A stretch of DNA of 64,000 nt from Candidatus Thorarchaeota archaeon (GCA_048884965.1 JBHLQH010000007.1:32001-96000); one strand, 5' to 3'; shown: positions 10,832 to 21,272, counted from the first letter of the stretch. Numbers and translations: made by a program. The notes: generated from the letters alone by a model not told the origin.

Positions 10832-11957
10832 GCGTAGAATAGGTAAGACCAGATAATGCCATCAGACGATCGATAACGAATCGGGCATCGTTATTGCTTA
10901 TTCTCGCTCTTGCATCGGCCTCTACAATCGGACTTGGCAATCCGTACTCGGGGTGTTGCCAAGATAGAGGAAGGATTGCTGAAAGAGTCCTGTTGAGTTG
11001 ATTAATCCCCTCTTCTCCATCGGATTTGACCATGACTTCGATTCGCAAGGGTAGATCATCTCTAGCTGTCTTAAGATATGTCACCCATATTGATGATGCC
11101 CATGGTGAGAGATCTGTTTGTAACGAGTTAGTGTTCTGTTGAAGCTCGCTTGTGTAGCGGAATGCAAACGTTCGCTCTCCCTCTTCAAGAAACGTATCCA
11201 GTAAATCACAATCTCGTGATATCTTAAACAGCCACCGATAATCTATTCCTTGCATCTTCTCGAAAATAGAAGGATTTCTCAATATATGTGGGAAAATATC
11301 ACCCAATGTATTGATGACTCTAGTTGATCTACTGTCCTTTACGATACCGACTAACATTGCTCTTTTTCTCGATATCTTATTGTAGAGCTGTCTATATAGA
11401 GCCAGAACTTCTTGGAATTTCTCATCTGCACCAGAACCTGTAGGAGGACGGTCTCGAGGATGATAGAATAAACTACCATCCATCAATACAATGTCCACAT
11501 GGAATTCATCAATGGCCGATAGTGTCACTCGCAGCTCTTCTGCGATTCGCTCTAAGGATGCTAGTTGGTCTAATTCTGGCCCTGACATTGATAGCATGAT
11601 TAGTTTGGCTTTTGGTTCGGGGAATGCATCAGGATAGAAATCGACTTGTGGACTACTATTTGATTTGAACCCAAAAACCACAGCGATGCCTCTCGTTAGC
11701 AATAAATCCATGGATTTGAAGCGTTTCCTAATAAGCCCACCATCGATTCCAGCTATCTTGAGCCCATCCAATCGAGCTGGATGGATTTTCGTTGTAAACT
11801 CTGTTTCAATACAATTGGCAGCTAAGGCAGGGTATTTTCCGAGATTGATTTCTTGTTTGATGTCTTTCATAACCCTACCAAATTGATGTTTTGTTTCCTC
11901 GACACGCTCAATCTCTTCAACTAGAAGTGATAGCATTTTGTCGAGATTCTTGTCCAC
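10794..11957 (-). CDS. nurA: NurA 5'-3' nuclease
   Basis: AGIDGG, LMDGSL, GIVKDS, YGLPSPIVEAD motifs. Confidence 0.9.
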   Translation of the reverse strand: MDKNLDKMLSLLVEEIERVEETKHQFGRVMKDIKQEINLGKYPALAANCIETEFTTKIHPARLDGLKIAGIDGGLIRKRFKSMDLLLTRGIAVVFGFKSNSSPQVDFYPDAFPEPKAKLIMLSMSGPELDQLASLERIAEELRVTLSAIDEFHVDIVLMDGSLFYHPRDRPPTGSGADEKFQEVLALYRQLYNKISRKRAMLVGIVKDSRSTRVINTLGDIFPHILRNPSIFEKMQGIDYRWLFKISRDCDLLDTFLEEGERTFAFRYTSELQQNTNSLQTDLSPWASSIWVTYLKTARDDLPLRIEVMVKSDGEEGINQLNRTLSAILPLSWQHPEYGLPSPIVEADARARISNNDARFVIDRLMALSGLTYSTLERRRSRNPFGG

Positions 11958-13630
11958 TACGGCTCCCTCTTCTTATAGTTTAGACAGGCCCTAATAAACC
12001 CAAGATATAATGGGTGCGGCATTCCTGGCTGTGATTTGAATTCTGGGTGGTATTGAACACCTATCCAAAATGGATGATTTGTTAGTTCAACAGCATTGAT
12101 GATTTTTCCAGACCGATCATGTGCTGCTGTTTGCATACCATGCTCCTTCATCCTACTAACATATCTATCAATTAGGTGATAGCGATGACGGAAACGTTCA
12201 CGAGCGTTGGAAGTGCCATATAGTTTTGAAAGGAGTGTGTTATCCTTAATGAAGACTTCATGTCCTCCCAAACGCATCGTCCCGCCCATGTCTTCCGTTA
12301 CCTTCTGTTCGTCCATCAAGCTCACAACGGGATACAGACTATTACTATCAACCTCAGTCGTATGAGCACCTTTCCATCCCATCACATGGCGTGAAAAAGC
12401 GACAACTCCGAGTTGAGCTCCATAGCATATCCCCAAGAACGGGATTTTTGATTCGAAGCTGACGATGGCTGCATTTATCATTCCCTCTACACCCCGTTCG
12501 CCAAATCCCGGAGTCAATAGAATTCCTTCTACTTCACCAAGATCTTCAATCAAACAGGATATATCACATCGTTCCTCAGTTTCAATCCACTTTATTTTCA
12601 CTTGTACCCCACAAGCAGCAGCAGCATGAGCTAGCGCCTCATTGATACTTTTGTAGGAGTCACTGAGAGTGGTATACTTCCCAGGCATTGCAATTGTGAT
12701 AGTTTTTGTGGGGTTTTTGAAAGACTCTACGATACTTGCCCATTTGGCAGTTTCCGCTGTGCGGTCTTCAAGGCCTAGATGCGTAGTGATGATTGTGCCT
12801 AATTCTTGTTCCTCAAATGATAATGGAAGCTGGTAGATGACAGGTATATCTGGGTTCGAGATTACTCTATCCTCCGGAACATTACAGAATAAAGCAATCT
12901 TACGCTCAGCAGACTCAGTAAGCTCTTTCTCTGCACGACAAACAACAATGTCTGGCTGTAAACCCAGACCTTGGAGTGTTCTGACACTGTGCTGTGTTGG
13001 TTTGGTCTTGAACTCTCCAACAGATGGCATATAAGGAACTAAAGTGACATGAACGAACGCTACCTGATTGCGCCCTACTTCTCGTGCTAATTGTCGTACT
13101 GATTCCAAGAAAGGCATGGCTTCGATATCACCCACGGTCCCTCCAATTTCGACAAGGACTACATCTGGTATTGGTTCTTGGGCAGCGACATCCCAGATTC
13201 TGCGTTTAATTCGATCTGTGATATGAGGTATAATCTGGACAGTTCGACCTAAGTAAATCCCTTTGCGCTCACTGAGAATAACAGACAAATAGATTTGTCC
13301 GGATGTGATGTTTTGGGATGGATGTACTTCAATTCCTGTGAATCGCTCATAAGTTCCAAAGTCCAAATCAATTTCAGATATGTTGAAGTCTACACCTTCT
13401 ACCGGTTTGAAAGTCCATGTTTTCTCAGTCACAAAGACTTCTCCGTGCTCAATCGGATTCATCGTCCCAGGATCAATATTTAGATACGGATCGATTTTGA
13501 GAATTCTGACTCCATATCCTCTGAACTGCAGCAATTTTGCTATCGATGCAGTTGTAACACCTTTCCCAATGCCAGAAAGGACGCCACCAGTTATGAAGAT
13601 GAATCTCGTATTATTTTTCAAAGAATCCAA
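11957..13630 (-). CDS. pyrG: CTP synthase
   Basis: FITGGVLSGIGKG, DPYLNIDPGTM, KTKPTQHSV, GICYGAQ, RHRY, QYHPEF. Confidence 0.98.
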   Translation of the reverse strand: MDSLKNNTRFIFITGGVLSGIGKGVTTASIAKLLQFRGYGVRILKIDPYLNIDPGTMNPIEHGEVFVTEKTWTFKPVEGVDFNISEIDLDFGTYERFTGIEVHPSQNITSGQIYLSVILSERKGIYLGRTVQIIPHITDRIKRRIWDVAAQEPIPDVVLVEIGGTVGDIEAMPFLESVRQLAREVGRNQVAFVHVTLVPYMPSVGEFKTKPTQHSVRTLQGLGLQPDIVVCRAEKELTESAERKIALFCNVPEDRVISNPDIPVIYQLPLSFEEQELGTIITTHLGLEDRTAETAKWASIVESFKNPTKTITIAMPGKYTTLSDSYKSINEALAHAAAACGVQVKIKWIETEERCDISCLIEDLGEVEGILLTPGFGERGVEGMINAAIVSFESKIPFLGICYGAQLGVVAFSRHVMGWKGAHTTEVDSNSLYPVVSLMDEQKVTEDMGGTMRLGGHEVFIKDNTLLSKLYGTSNARERFRHRYHLIDRYVSRMKEHGMQTAAHDRSGKIINAVELTNHPFWIGVQYHPEFKSQPGMPHPLYLGFIRACLNYKKREP

Positions 13631-13726
13631 GTATAATACCTCAGAAATTTCCCCTCACGATTGGGGGTCAACACGAGTTTGCTTCAGGACCATTTCGTAT
13701 AAAGTAATCGCTGGGTTGGTACCATC

Positions 13727-14308
13727 TTATTGTACTGGCTGGGTCATAGCACTTGATCGCATCGCATCATGGAATAGTATTTCGAATGCTTCTAATACGT
13801 TTAGACCATTCATCGCGACACTTCTAATGACAGGTATGGCTGATGGAAGTTTGAGATGGTTTCTAAGTCGATTTTCATCAACTGCATTCGGTAAATCCTG
13901 CTTATTTAGGCAAACGACAATTGGAAGTGGTCGCTCTTCATCAGAAATCAATGTCATTAGTTCGTTCCAACTAGCAAGGTTCTCATCTATGAGATTTTCT
14001 TGGGAATCTGCGACAAATATGACACCGTCAGCACCAACAAGTACAACCTCTCGAGTCGAGCGATAGAAGTCCTGTCCGGTTGCAGACCAGATGTGAGCGT
14101 TAATTGTCCAGCTGTCACCAAGTGCGAATGGAATGGTGCCGAAGTCACAGAACATTGTACGCCCAACGGTATTCTCAATTGAAGTTAGCCGATCTGCACA
14201 ATCAAGACTTTTGAAGAGCCATTGAATAGAAGTGGTTTTTCCACTCATAGCTGGTCCAAAGAATACTATCTTCAATCCTACAGTTCTGTTTCCGTAATCT
14301 ACTATCAC
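13727..14308 (-). CDS. MglA-type small Ras-superfamily GTPase
   Basis: G1 GPAMSGKT, MglA-like G2 GRTMFCDF (intrinsic Arg), G3 ATGQ without Asp, ADGVIFVADS, G4 NKQD. Confidence 0.88.
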   Translation of the reverse strand: MIVDYGNRTVGLKIVFFGPAMSGKTTSIQWLFKSLDCADRLTSIENTVGRTMFCDFGTIPFALGDSWTINAHIWSATGQDFYRSTREVVLVGADGVIFVADSQENLIDENLASWNELMTLISDEERPLPIVVCLNKQDLPNAVDENRLRNHLKLPSAIPVIRSVAMNGLNVLEAFEILFHDAMRSSAMTQPVQ

Positions 14309-14322
14309 TAAGCGTTACCCTC

Positions 14323-15243
14323 CTATGCGCCCCACATACTGTCAACCCATGCTCCCAAACCGGATAGAGTTCCTAGCTTTACACAGTCTGAGAAATCTTC
14401 ATGCCATTCAGCGTGGATAAACCTGATTAAATCTTCAAGGTCGCCTCCGTCCCACCCAATAGCTTCGTATAGATTACGTTCAGTCAGTACTGTAGAGGTG
14501 CCTAATTCTCTTGCTAGGCGGATACGGGAGAGAAGTGTTACTGCTCTGCGTGCGGCATGTACGAAATTGTTGATTTCTTCCTCGAACATGTCTTGGGTGA
14601 TTTTTTCGGATTCGTCATCGAGTTTGAGTACTGCATTGATTATCCCGTCAGATACTTTTGCACCTCTCAAGGATTTGCTCAATAGCCTGCGGATTCGTTC
14701 TAGAGATTGTGTCTTTCTTGTAAGAATTTTGTTTACGATTCGTTTTTCTACTTCAAGATTGCTTTCAATTGCGTTGACTAATTCGAAGTTCATGGATGAG
14801 GGAGATACCAACTCAAGAATTCCACATGATCTTGATGTCTGTGTGATATGTGTGATGACTTCGTCTAATTGAGACTTACTAACGTAGATTCCTTTCGATT
14901 CATTTGAAAGGGGAACGCCAATGATCCATCCTGAGAAGTGCTTGATTCTTTCTAGGGCTAATCTAAGATTTGGAGCAAGGCTACAAACGACGGTTCGATT
15001 GACCTCGTAGTTATGTTTCTCCTCTTCCCACACTGAGAGAATTTCATCTTCAGAGGTAAAGTCTCTCCAAAAGACCATCTTATGACGATGGGAGCTCAAA
15101 GAAGCGATGCTTTCGACTAGATCGTCTATGAGTTCGATATCAATCCCTGTAACAAGGATTGGAATGCGTTTCATAACTGAATTCAGTAGTAGGGAAAAGT
15201 CACTTTCCAATAGTTCAGTAAGTCGTAGTATGGAATAACTCAT
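14323..15243 (-). CDS. Hypothetical protein with possible DENN-like (cDENN) domain
   Basis: LLLNSVMKRIPILVTG-helix...WIIGV resembles the cDENN pattern by eye; coupled to the Roadblock gene by a 4-nt overlap. Confidence 0.55.
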   Translation of the reverse strand: MSYSILRLTELLESDFSLLLNSVMKRIPILVTGIDIELIDDLVESIASLSSHRHKMVFWRDFTSEDEILSVWEEEKHNYEVNRTVVCSLAPNLRLALERIKHFSGWIIGVPLSNESKGIYVSKSQLDEVITHITQTSRSCGILELVSPSSMNFELVNAIESNLEVEKRIVNKILTRKTQSLERIRRLLSKSLRGAKVSDGIINAVLKLDDESEKITQDMFEEEINNFVHAARRAVTLLSRIRLARELGTSTVLTERNLYEAIGWDGGDLEDLIRFIHAEWHEDFSDCVKLGTLSGLGAWVDSMWGA

Positions 15244-16253
15244 GTGTTTCGCCTCGCTAGAAGAAGGTCCTTCTTTGGCCTTTCGGATAATATCAATTCT
15301 CGCAAATCTTGAGGAAGTCCAGGTTTCGCAACTGTAGCAGAACTCAGCACTCGTTGTGTTTCTGTAATGTAATGCTTGAGCAAGAGTCTCATAAGACCCA
15401 GTTTTTGAGAATCGCGTTTCACCCAGAGACTGAAAACACCATTGGGTACAGCATAGATGAAATGGCGGGTTTTCTCAGTTTCACATAGAACGGTGTGTAG
15501 AGAGCTATTCCTCAAGGTTCTTACTACCCGTTCTGATGCATCATGTAGCGCGAAGGACATAGCAGCCAATCGATCATTTGTGAATCCCTCCAAAGATACC
15601 CTTACTCCTCCACTTAGAGAGAGGAACACCGATTCTATATTGGGAATACTATCATGTATCTGACGCAAAATAGAACGAAGGGCAAGAGCTTGAGAACGAT
15701 CAAGTGATAGCATCGAACGCGATGTGGAATACGTTGGAACGTTGCCATCGACAACTGCGAATCCGCGTAGTACCTGTTGAGTTTCTTCTGAGCTATAAGA
15801 TCGGAGAGGTGGTAGTCTTCCGTCTACATGTTGACGCAATAGATAGGAAACACGTGCCATACTCTCACGCATCTCAATGAAAAGCGCAGCTAAATTCACC
15901 CTAGGAGCTGTTGTTATCGTTAGAAAGTATTCAGGATTATTTGGAAGAGATGCAAGGAAAACCTTTGATGTTTCTGATTCCATCAGTAGGTAATTGAAAT
16001 CACCATGAATTAACCTTGCAACACCAAAGATAGCACACGTTGAAGATGCTACAGCAAATACCTCTTCTTTGCTAAACCAAACACCAGCACTTGCAACAGG
16101 TAGTCCATCCTTCTGGATTAAGACCACATTCTCAACTCCAGTGATGGTCTTTATGTTCTGCAAGGCTTCATTAAGATCGTCCGTCAAAGACTCAGCTCCG
16201 AATCTGAATTGATTCAAAGATAAATCCCGGAATTGAGTATATAATCTCCCCAA
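15240..16253 (-). CDS. Tandem Roadblock/LC7 (MglB-like) domain protein
   Basis: Two repeats: GVENVVLIQKDGLPVAS...VNLAALF and NIESVFLSLSGG...LAAMSFAL...KLGLMRL. Confidence 0.85.
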   Translation of the reverse strand: MGRLYTQFRDLSLNQFRFGAESLTDDLNEALQNIKTITGVENVVLIQKDGLPVASAGVWFSKEEVFAVASSTCAIFGVARLIHGDFNYLLMESETSKVFLASLPNNPEYFLTITTAPRVNLAALFIEMRESMARVSYLLRQHVDGRLPPLRSYSSEETQQVLRGFAVVDGNVPTYSTSRSMLSLDRSQALALRSILRQIHDSIPNIESVFLSLSGGVRVSLEGFTNDRLAAMSFALHDASERVVRTLRNSSLHTVLCETEKTRHFIYAVPNGVFSLWVKRDSQKLGLMRLLLKHYITETQRVLSSATVAKPGLPQDLRELILSERPKKDLLLARRNT

Positions 16254-16290
16254 TCTTTGAAGTGAGATGCAAAACTGGGAAAACTCGAAC

Positions 16291-17586
16291 CTACATATGT
16301 ATCAAAGCTGCATCAGGAACTTCTTGAAAGATTTCTCTAGCGGCGCGTCCAACTTTTGCTCTATGACGGTCATAGGTATACACCCTAATCACATCCAGAT
16401 ACACTTTCATCATTTGGGCAATGTTTGAGAACTCGGATAGATTTCGCTGAACTCTTTTGCCCTCAATCACCTCAAAGATACTAATTTCCATTGGATCAAT
16501 TTGATGAGGATTATATGGAACTGAAGGAAGAGTTGGTACATCAACAATTACCTCATCTGCGGGTACCTTAGCGATAGATGCTATCTCATCTTGAATGCTC
16601 TCACGGACTCGTTTCTTCGTAAGAACCTTGGACACAAAGCGGTCTTCGGTATGCAATACTTTCTCAAAGGCAGATTTGTAAAGAACTCTAGAATCGAGCA
16701 TATTCATCATTGTTGACGCTTCTCTTGCATCATCAGATTCAGTGGGGTCTATCCTTCGAATTCGCGAAACCAATGACATATCATCCAGAGCTAGAAACTC
16801 CTCGGGAGTGGAAAAAGCTGTCAAATTAAGAACTCTATCGGCTGCAGAAATTAGCTTGATTAACATCACTTCAACACTGCGAACTGTTTTATGATAATAC
16901 ACATTCAAAAACATCTCATATCGTGCAACAAGAAATGACTCTAAAGCGCCTCTTGCCGCTAGATCAAAGTGCATTTCATAATCCTTTGAAATTTCGATAC
17001 TTGCTATTAGACGGTGAATATCTACAAGTCCATAGTTGACACCACAGTAAAAGGAATCTCGTATCAAATAATCCATTTTGTCAGAATCTACTTGTCCGGC
17101 AACAATACCACTAACGACACTATCCTTTTCTTTTTTCCTCCGGCCTCGCACCAAATCTGCAATTCTGTTTTTATCAATCCCACCGTCTTCTATTATTTCC
17201 CCTACAATGCTCTCCTTGATTATCCATTCTGTAACGTCTTCGTGATTCTTACCTTGTCGTTCAATCAAAGGTTCCTCAAAGACATGGCTGAATGGCCCGT
17301 GGCCCAAATCGTGAAGTAGACCTGCCAGTCTTACTTCTTGCAATACATCTTCTCCGAAACCAATCTGTCCAAGAAGCCTTCTTCCAACTAAGCCAGCTAA
17401 ATACATGGCACCGATACAGTGCCCAAAGCGGGTATGCTCTGCAGTAGGATAGACATAGTGTGCTCCAGATAGTTGCTTGATTCTTCTCAATCGTTGGTAT
17501 GGCTCAGAATTGATTATCTTTGCTTCCAAATCCGTCAAACCGATGAAACCGTGTACAGGGTCGTTTATTTCCATATTAAAGTCCAC
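16291..17586 (-). CDS. HD-domain dNTP triphosphohydrolase (SAMHD1/YdhJ-like)
   Basis: DPVHG, QRLRRIKQL, HTRFGH, LLHDLGHGPFSH, DKMDYLIRD, VYYHKT. Confidence 0.9.
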   Translation of the reverse strand: MDFNMEINDPVHGFIGLTDLEAKIINSEPYQRLRRIKQLSGAHYVYPTAEHTRFGHCIGAMYLAGLVGRRLLGQIGFGEDVLQEVRLAGLLHDLGHGPFSHVFEEPLIERQGKNHEDVTEWIIKESIVGEIIEDGGIDKNRIADLVRGRRKKEKDSVVSGIVAGQVDSDKMDYLIRDSFYCGVNYGLVDIHRLIASIEISKDYEMHFDLAARGALESFLVARYEMFLNVYYHKTVRSVEVMLIKLISAADRVLNLTAFSTPEEFLALDDMSLVSRIRRIDPTESDDAREASTMMNMLDSRVLYKSAFEKVLHTEDRFVSKVLTKKRVRESIQDEIASIAKVPADEVIVDVPTLPSVPYNPHQIDPMEISIFEVIEGKRVQRNLSEFSNIAQMMKVYLDVIRVYTYDRHRAKVGRAAREIFQEVPDAALIHM

Positions 17587-17608
17587 TTTGATTCACCAAT
17601 ACCAATTC

Positions 17609-18349
17609 TTATGGAGGGTCGAATGTTCTTAGCTCCTTTATTAGCTCATTAGGATTTTGTATACTCGAAACGCACAAAGGAATATGGATACTATCTGCGA
17701 TTTTAACAGCTAAGGGGTCCAATTCGTTCACACCCTGTAGGATTACAACAGCAGGCTTTACTGCTACAGATGTGCCTATCTGACTCGCCTTTATCGCAAC
17801 CATAGGAGACCTTCCTGTGGTAACATTGGTCAAGATAGCAGCTCTTTGAGTTGTACCTCCATATAGTCTAAGCAATTGTTGAGGAGTGAGAGTTACGATT
17901 GCCTTCACACTATCTAATGCTGTATATCCGTAAATATCTCGATCCAACAGACTTTTGTGAGTTAATACCTTGCAATCCAGTTTTTCGACTAGAAATCGTG
18001 CAGGAATAGGAACACCAAATTCACGGCTATCCAAAATGGCCTCTGAAGCAATCTCGGGAGTGACGAGCTTCTCCAATGCCATTGCAATCCTCCCACCATT
18101 TGCTGCATCCATTTCAATAAGACCCTCTACAAAACGTTTGATGGTTTCCACCCGTGGAGATTTGCGTCTGCCACTCTCATAGTCGCTTATCACTGAGGGC
18201 GATACATCAAGATGCTTTGCCAAATCCTTCTGGGAAATTTGAAAGCGCTCACGCCAACGTTTCATCACAGCGCCAGGATCATTCTCCGAAAGGCAAATTT
18301 CCCCAGCCATATTCTCTGCTAGTCTTTGGATTGCCTCACTTTGGTCCAT
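17609..18349 (-). CDS. XRE-HTH transcriptional regulator (COG1709-like)
   Basis: AGEICLS, SPSVISDYESGRRKSP, GRSPMVAIK. Confidence 0.88.
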   Translation of the reverse strand: MDQSEAIQRLAENMAGEICLSENDPGAVMKRWRERFQISQKDLAKHLDVSPSVISDYESGRRKSPRVETIKRFVEGLIEMDAANGGRIAMALEKLVTPEIASEAILDSREFGVPIPARFLVEKLDCKVLTHKSLLDRDIYGYTALDSVKAIVTLTPQQLLRLYGGTTQRAAILTNVTTGRSPMVAIKASQIGTSVAVKPAVVILQGVNELDPLAVKIADSIHIPLCVSSIQNPNELIKELRTFDPP

Positions 18350-18477
18350 GGGATGAAAATTCTCTGTTTACTGATAAGACTTGTTGCAATACCGTCATCA
18401 TAATTCGTCAAGTGACGAAAATATGCTTTGCTGGATGTACCAAAGAACTCAAAGCGCATCGTATTCTCTTTTTCTCT

Positions 18478-19242
18478 ATGTTCTTCATGTTCGTTGTTGG
18501 TACTGCAGGTTCTGGAAAATCCCTTCTTACATCATCTTTGGAGGAATGGCTGGTTTCTTCTGAGATCAGTGTTTCAGTGGTCAATCTTGATCCAGGTGTA
18601 GAATCGCCTCCGTATACCTCTGATGTGGATATTCGAAGCTATGTTGATTATGGAGAAATTATGCAGCAATTTAGTCTTGGCCCAAATGGTGCCTTGGTTG
18701 CGTCACTTGATATGGCGGTAGGGCATGTTAATGATATCCGAGAAGAGATAAATGATCTTGGACGTGATTATGTCATTGTCGACTGCCCAGGTCAAATGGA
18801 ACTCTTTGCGTACCGCAATTCGGGGCCCCTAATGGTTTCTGGACTGAGAGGGAAAAATTCAGCATTGTCGCTATACTTACTCGATTCTAATATTGCAAGA
18901 GTGCCTTCGGGATATCTTTCTTCTTTGCTACTAGGAATGTCTATCAATATTCGCTTTGGGTTGCCTCAACTCAATTTGTTAAGTAAGACAGATATCCTAT
19001 CTGAAGATGAGGTTGAGGAGATAATAGATTGGTCAACTGACCCCTATCTTTTAGAAGAAGCGCTAGATGCTTCCTCAAGTGGGCTTGTCCGAGAGTTTTC
19101 TTCATCGATTCTAAGAATGCTAGAGGACATTGGTGACGGCCCAAGTGTCATTCCGATTTCAGGAAAACAAGTCACAGGCTTTGAAACACTCTATGGTGAA
19201 TTTCAACGAATCTTTCTAGGTGGAGATAATCTATACGAGTGA
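18478..19242 (+). CDS. GPN-loop GTPase
   Basis: GTAGSGKS, NLDP, LGPNGAL, DCPGQMELF, SKTD; ATG 18478 chosen because the longer ORF overlaps the divergent gene. Confidence 0.92.
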   Translation: MFFMFVVGTAGSGKSLLTSSLEEWLVSSEISVSVVNLDPGVESPPYTSDVDIRSYVDYGEIMQQFSLGPNGALVASLDMAVGHVNDIREEINDLGRDYVIVDCPGQMELFAYRNSGPLMVSGLRGKNSALSLYLLDSNIARVPSGYLSSLLLGMSINIRFGLPQLNLLSKTDILSEDEVEEIIDWSTDPYLLEEALDASSSGLVREFSSSILRMLEDIGDGPSVIPISGKQVTGFETLYGEFQRIFLGGDNLYE

Positions 19243-20278
19243 TGATTTGTTGCCATACTTCTGTGTATTTCTACTTGGAGATAATATTCCTCTTGCAATG
19301 GCAGAAATAGAGTCACTCGTGAATCTAGTAGATGAATCTAATTTCATTAGATGGAAAGGTCGTTTTGGTATTATAAGTTGCAACAAGGACCCAGCTTCCT
19401 TGTTGGTCGATAGAGCAGTACTGCTAAGAGAAACGGGTAAGCTTCTTATTTCGAGTGAGAATGTTTCTACACTTGAAGAGGAATTAGAAGACATTGAGAT
19501 TTCTGGTGCGACTTCAAACTCAGCAGAAACACGATTTGCAGTCAAAGTACAGGATATGGATTCGACCCTGAAATCTGGTGAAAAGGACCTGTTAGCATCA
19601 ATTATTGGGAAACGGATTGTCGATATGACAAAATGGAGCGTTTCGCTGAAACACCCTAATCGCGTCTTCACTCTCTTTGTTGGAAAAAACTCATGCTACC
19701 TTTCTGAGTCATCTTCTTCCCGATTATTCAAGGATCTGGAACAAACAGGTAGAAACAAGAGGTCTTTCTTTCACCCAAGTATGATGAATGCAGTTCTTGC
19801 TAGAGTCATGTGTAATATTGCTGGAACCCTTCCATCACATACTTTGCTCGATCCGTTTTGTGGAGCAGGAGGGATTCTTGTAGAAGGGGGTAAGATTGGA
19901 CTAAAACTCATAGGAATTGACACAAGTTGGCAGCTTCTTAATGGGGCTAGACAAAATCTCCAATCCATCTCCTGTTCCGATTTCAATCTGATTCAAGGTG
20001 ATTCTCAGAATCCTCCATTGTCTAGTATTGACTACATTGTGACTGATCCACCATACGGACGCACCAGTTCCACTCATGGAACTGAAACAGCCGAGTTGGT
20101 AGGTAGTTTCATATCACATCTGATCGATTGGGAACCCACTCCCGTCATCTGTATTTGCGGGGATGCAAAAATGAAGCTTGGCTCTCTATTCACTCATCAA
20201 GGAGGGCATATTCAATATCAGATACCTATTCCCGTTCATCGAAGTTTAACAAGAGAGGTCATTCGAGTTGTTTTCTAG
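19220..20278 (+). CDS. THUMP-domain tRNA guanine-N2 methyltransferase (Trm11/TrmG10-like)
   Basis: FFHPS, LDPFCGAGGIL, TDPPYG, VHRSLTR. Confidence 0.85.
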   Translation: MEIIYTSDDLLPYFCVFLLGDNIPLAMAEIESLVNLVDESNFIRWKGRFGIISCNKDPASLLVDRAVLLRETGKLLISSENVSTLEEELEDIEISGATSNSAETRFAVKVQDMDSTLKSGEKDLLASIIGKRIVDMTKWSVSLKHPNRVFTLFVGKNSCYLSESSSSRLFKDLEQTGRNKRSFFHPSMMNAVLARVMCNIAGTLPSHTLLDPFCGAGGILVEGGKIGLKLIGIDTSWQLLNGARQNLQSISCSDFNLIQGDSQNPPLSSIDYIVTDPPYGRTSSTHGTETAELVGSFISHLIDWEPTPVICICGDAKMKLGSLFTHQGGHIQYQIPIPVHRSLTREVIRVVF

Positions 20279-20697
20279 TTCCGAACTATCTTTCCATCCT
20301 TTGTAGGTGGAGTAAACCATCTGAGGAAAGATTCGTAGATTTCATCAGATTCACAGAAAGCTGATATTTCAATATATCCAAGGGGCGGATTGTCAGATTC
20401 ATCTACCAAGTTAACCTTGCCTCTGATTGCAGCCTGTTTATCTAATCTGAATATGAACATAGTACCAGTCCAGCTTGATGCTATGACTTTTCTTGTAGCA
20501 TCAATTATCCTAGATTCGTGAATGAATGATCGCACTGCTTCAAGTGAATTGGCTTCTGAGAACTTGGTTTCAGCCCATCGTTCTCTTTCTTCATCTATCA
20601 GGGTAAAAGATAAGCTCGGAAAATAGGTATGCAATGACTTTAGAATCAACTCTGAGTTTTCAGTTGGGAAAATAGGACATCTTATAGAAAATTTCAT
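20275..20697 (-). CDS. UPF0201/DUF54 family protein
   Basis: PTE, LDKQAA..G.V, PLG.I, P.T.DGK. Confidence 0.8.
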   Translation of the reverse strand: MKFSIRCPIFPTENSELILKSLHTYFPSLSFTLIDEERERWAETKFSEANSLEAVRSFIHESRIIDATRKVIASSWTGTMFIFRLDKQAAIRGKVNLVDESDNPPLGYIEISAFCESDEIYESFLRWFTPPTKDGKIVRN

Positions 20698-21237
20698 TCA
20701 AAGAAACCTCTCCACAATCTCTTTAGATTTCACTTGCATTTCTTCAATACTTGACTCATTTATAATCATAATATCACTTAGAGCAATTACTCCTCCCAAA
20801 CCCACGGATATCTCTCTGATGTCCCGTTCTCGGAATACATTCCATTCAGGAGGTGCGTCTTTTCGAGCTCTATCTTTCAATCGTTGAAATCTTAGAGAGG
20901 GTGAAGCGTGTACACCAATTATGGTAGTCCTTTTGGCGTAATCATCGAAGACATCAATCTCTGCAATACTTCTACATCCTTCAATGACTATTGTAGGCGA
21001 TAAAACCGTCCTTAGCTCTTGGACGCAACGTAATGCTACTGCTCCAGGTCCATCTATTTCTCTGAGTTCGAGCATGACCTTCTTTGTATTTGTTGGGTTA
21101 GGTTCCAGACCTCTTTGCTGTGTTTCGGTTCTTATAACATCACCCATGACAATTACTGGTATTCCAGCTTCTCGAAATGCGTCTGCCAACACTCCTTTAC
21201 CTGCGCCAGGCATACCGGTAATTATTACCAAATTCAT
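20698..21237 (-). CDS. UPF0200 P-loop nucleotide kinase (dephospho-CoA kinase-like)
   Basis: ITGMPGAGK, MGDVIR, RF.RL..R.R.D, RD.RE. Confidence 0.82.
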   Translation of the reverse strand: MNLVIITGMPGAGKGVLADAFREAGIPVIVMGDVIRTETQQRGLEPNPTNTKKVMLELREIDGPGAVALRCVQELRTVLSPTIVIEGCRSIAEIDVFDDYAKRTTIIGVHASPSLRFQRLKDRARKDAPPEWNVFRERDIREISVGLGGVIALSDIMIINESSIEEMQVKSKEIVERFL

Positions 21238-21272
21238 TTTCTTGCATCCCTTTACAAAGTAGTCCCTTTCTA

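Noticed and set aside
13650-13668. CCCC/GGGG hairpin in the pyrG leader as an attenuator
   Set aside because: Short stem with no U-tract; insufficient support
18154-18477. N-terminal extensions of ORF-track calls (GPN GTPase; also pyrD 4042, truA 32642, iorA 57926)
   Set aside because: They overlap neighbouring genes or precede better SD-supported starts and lack family motifs
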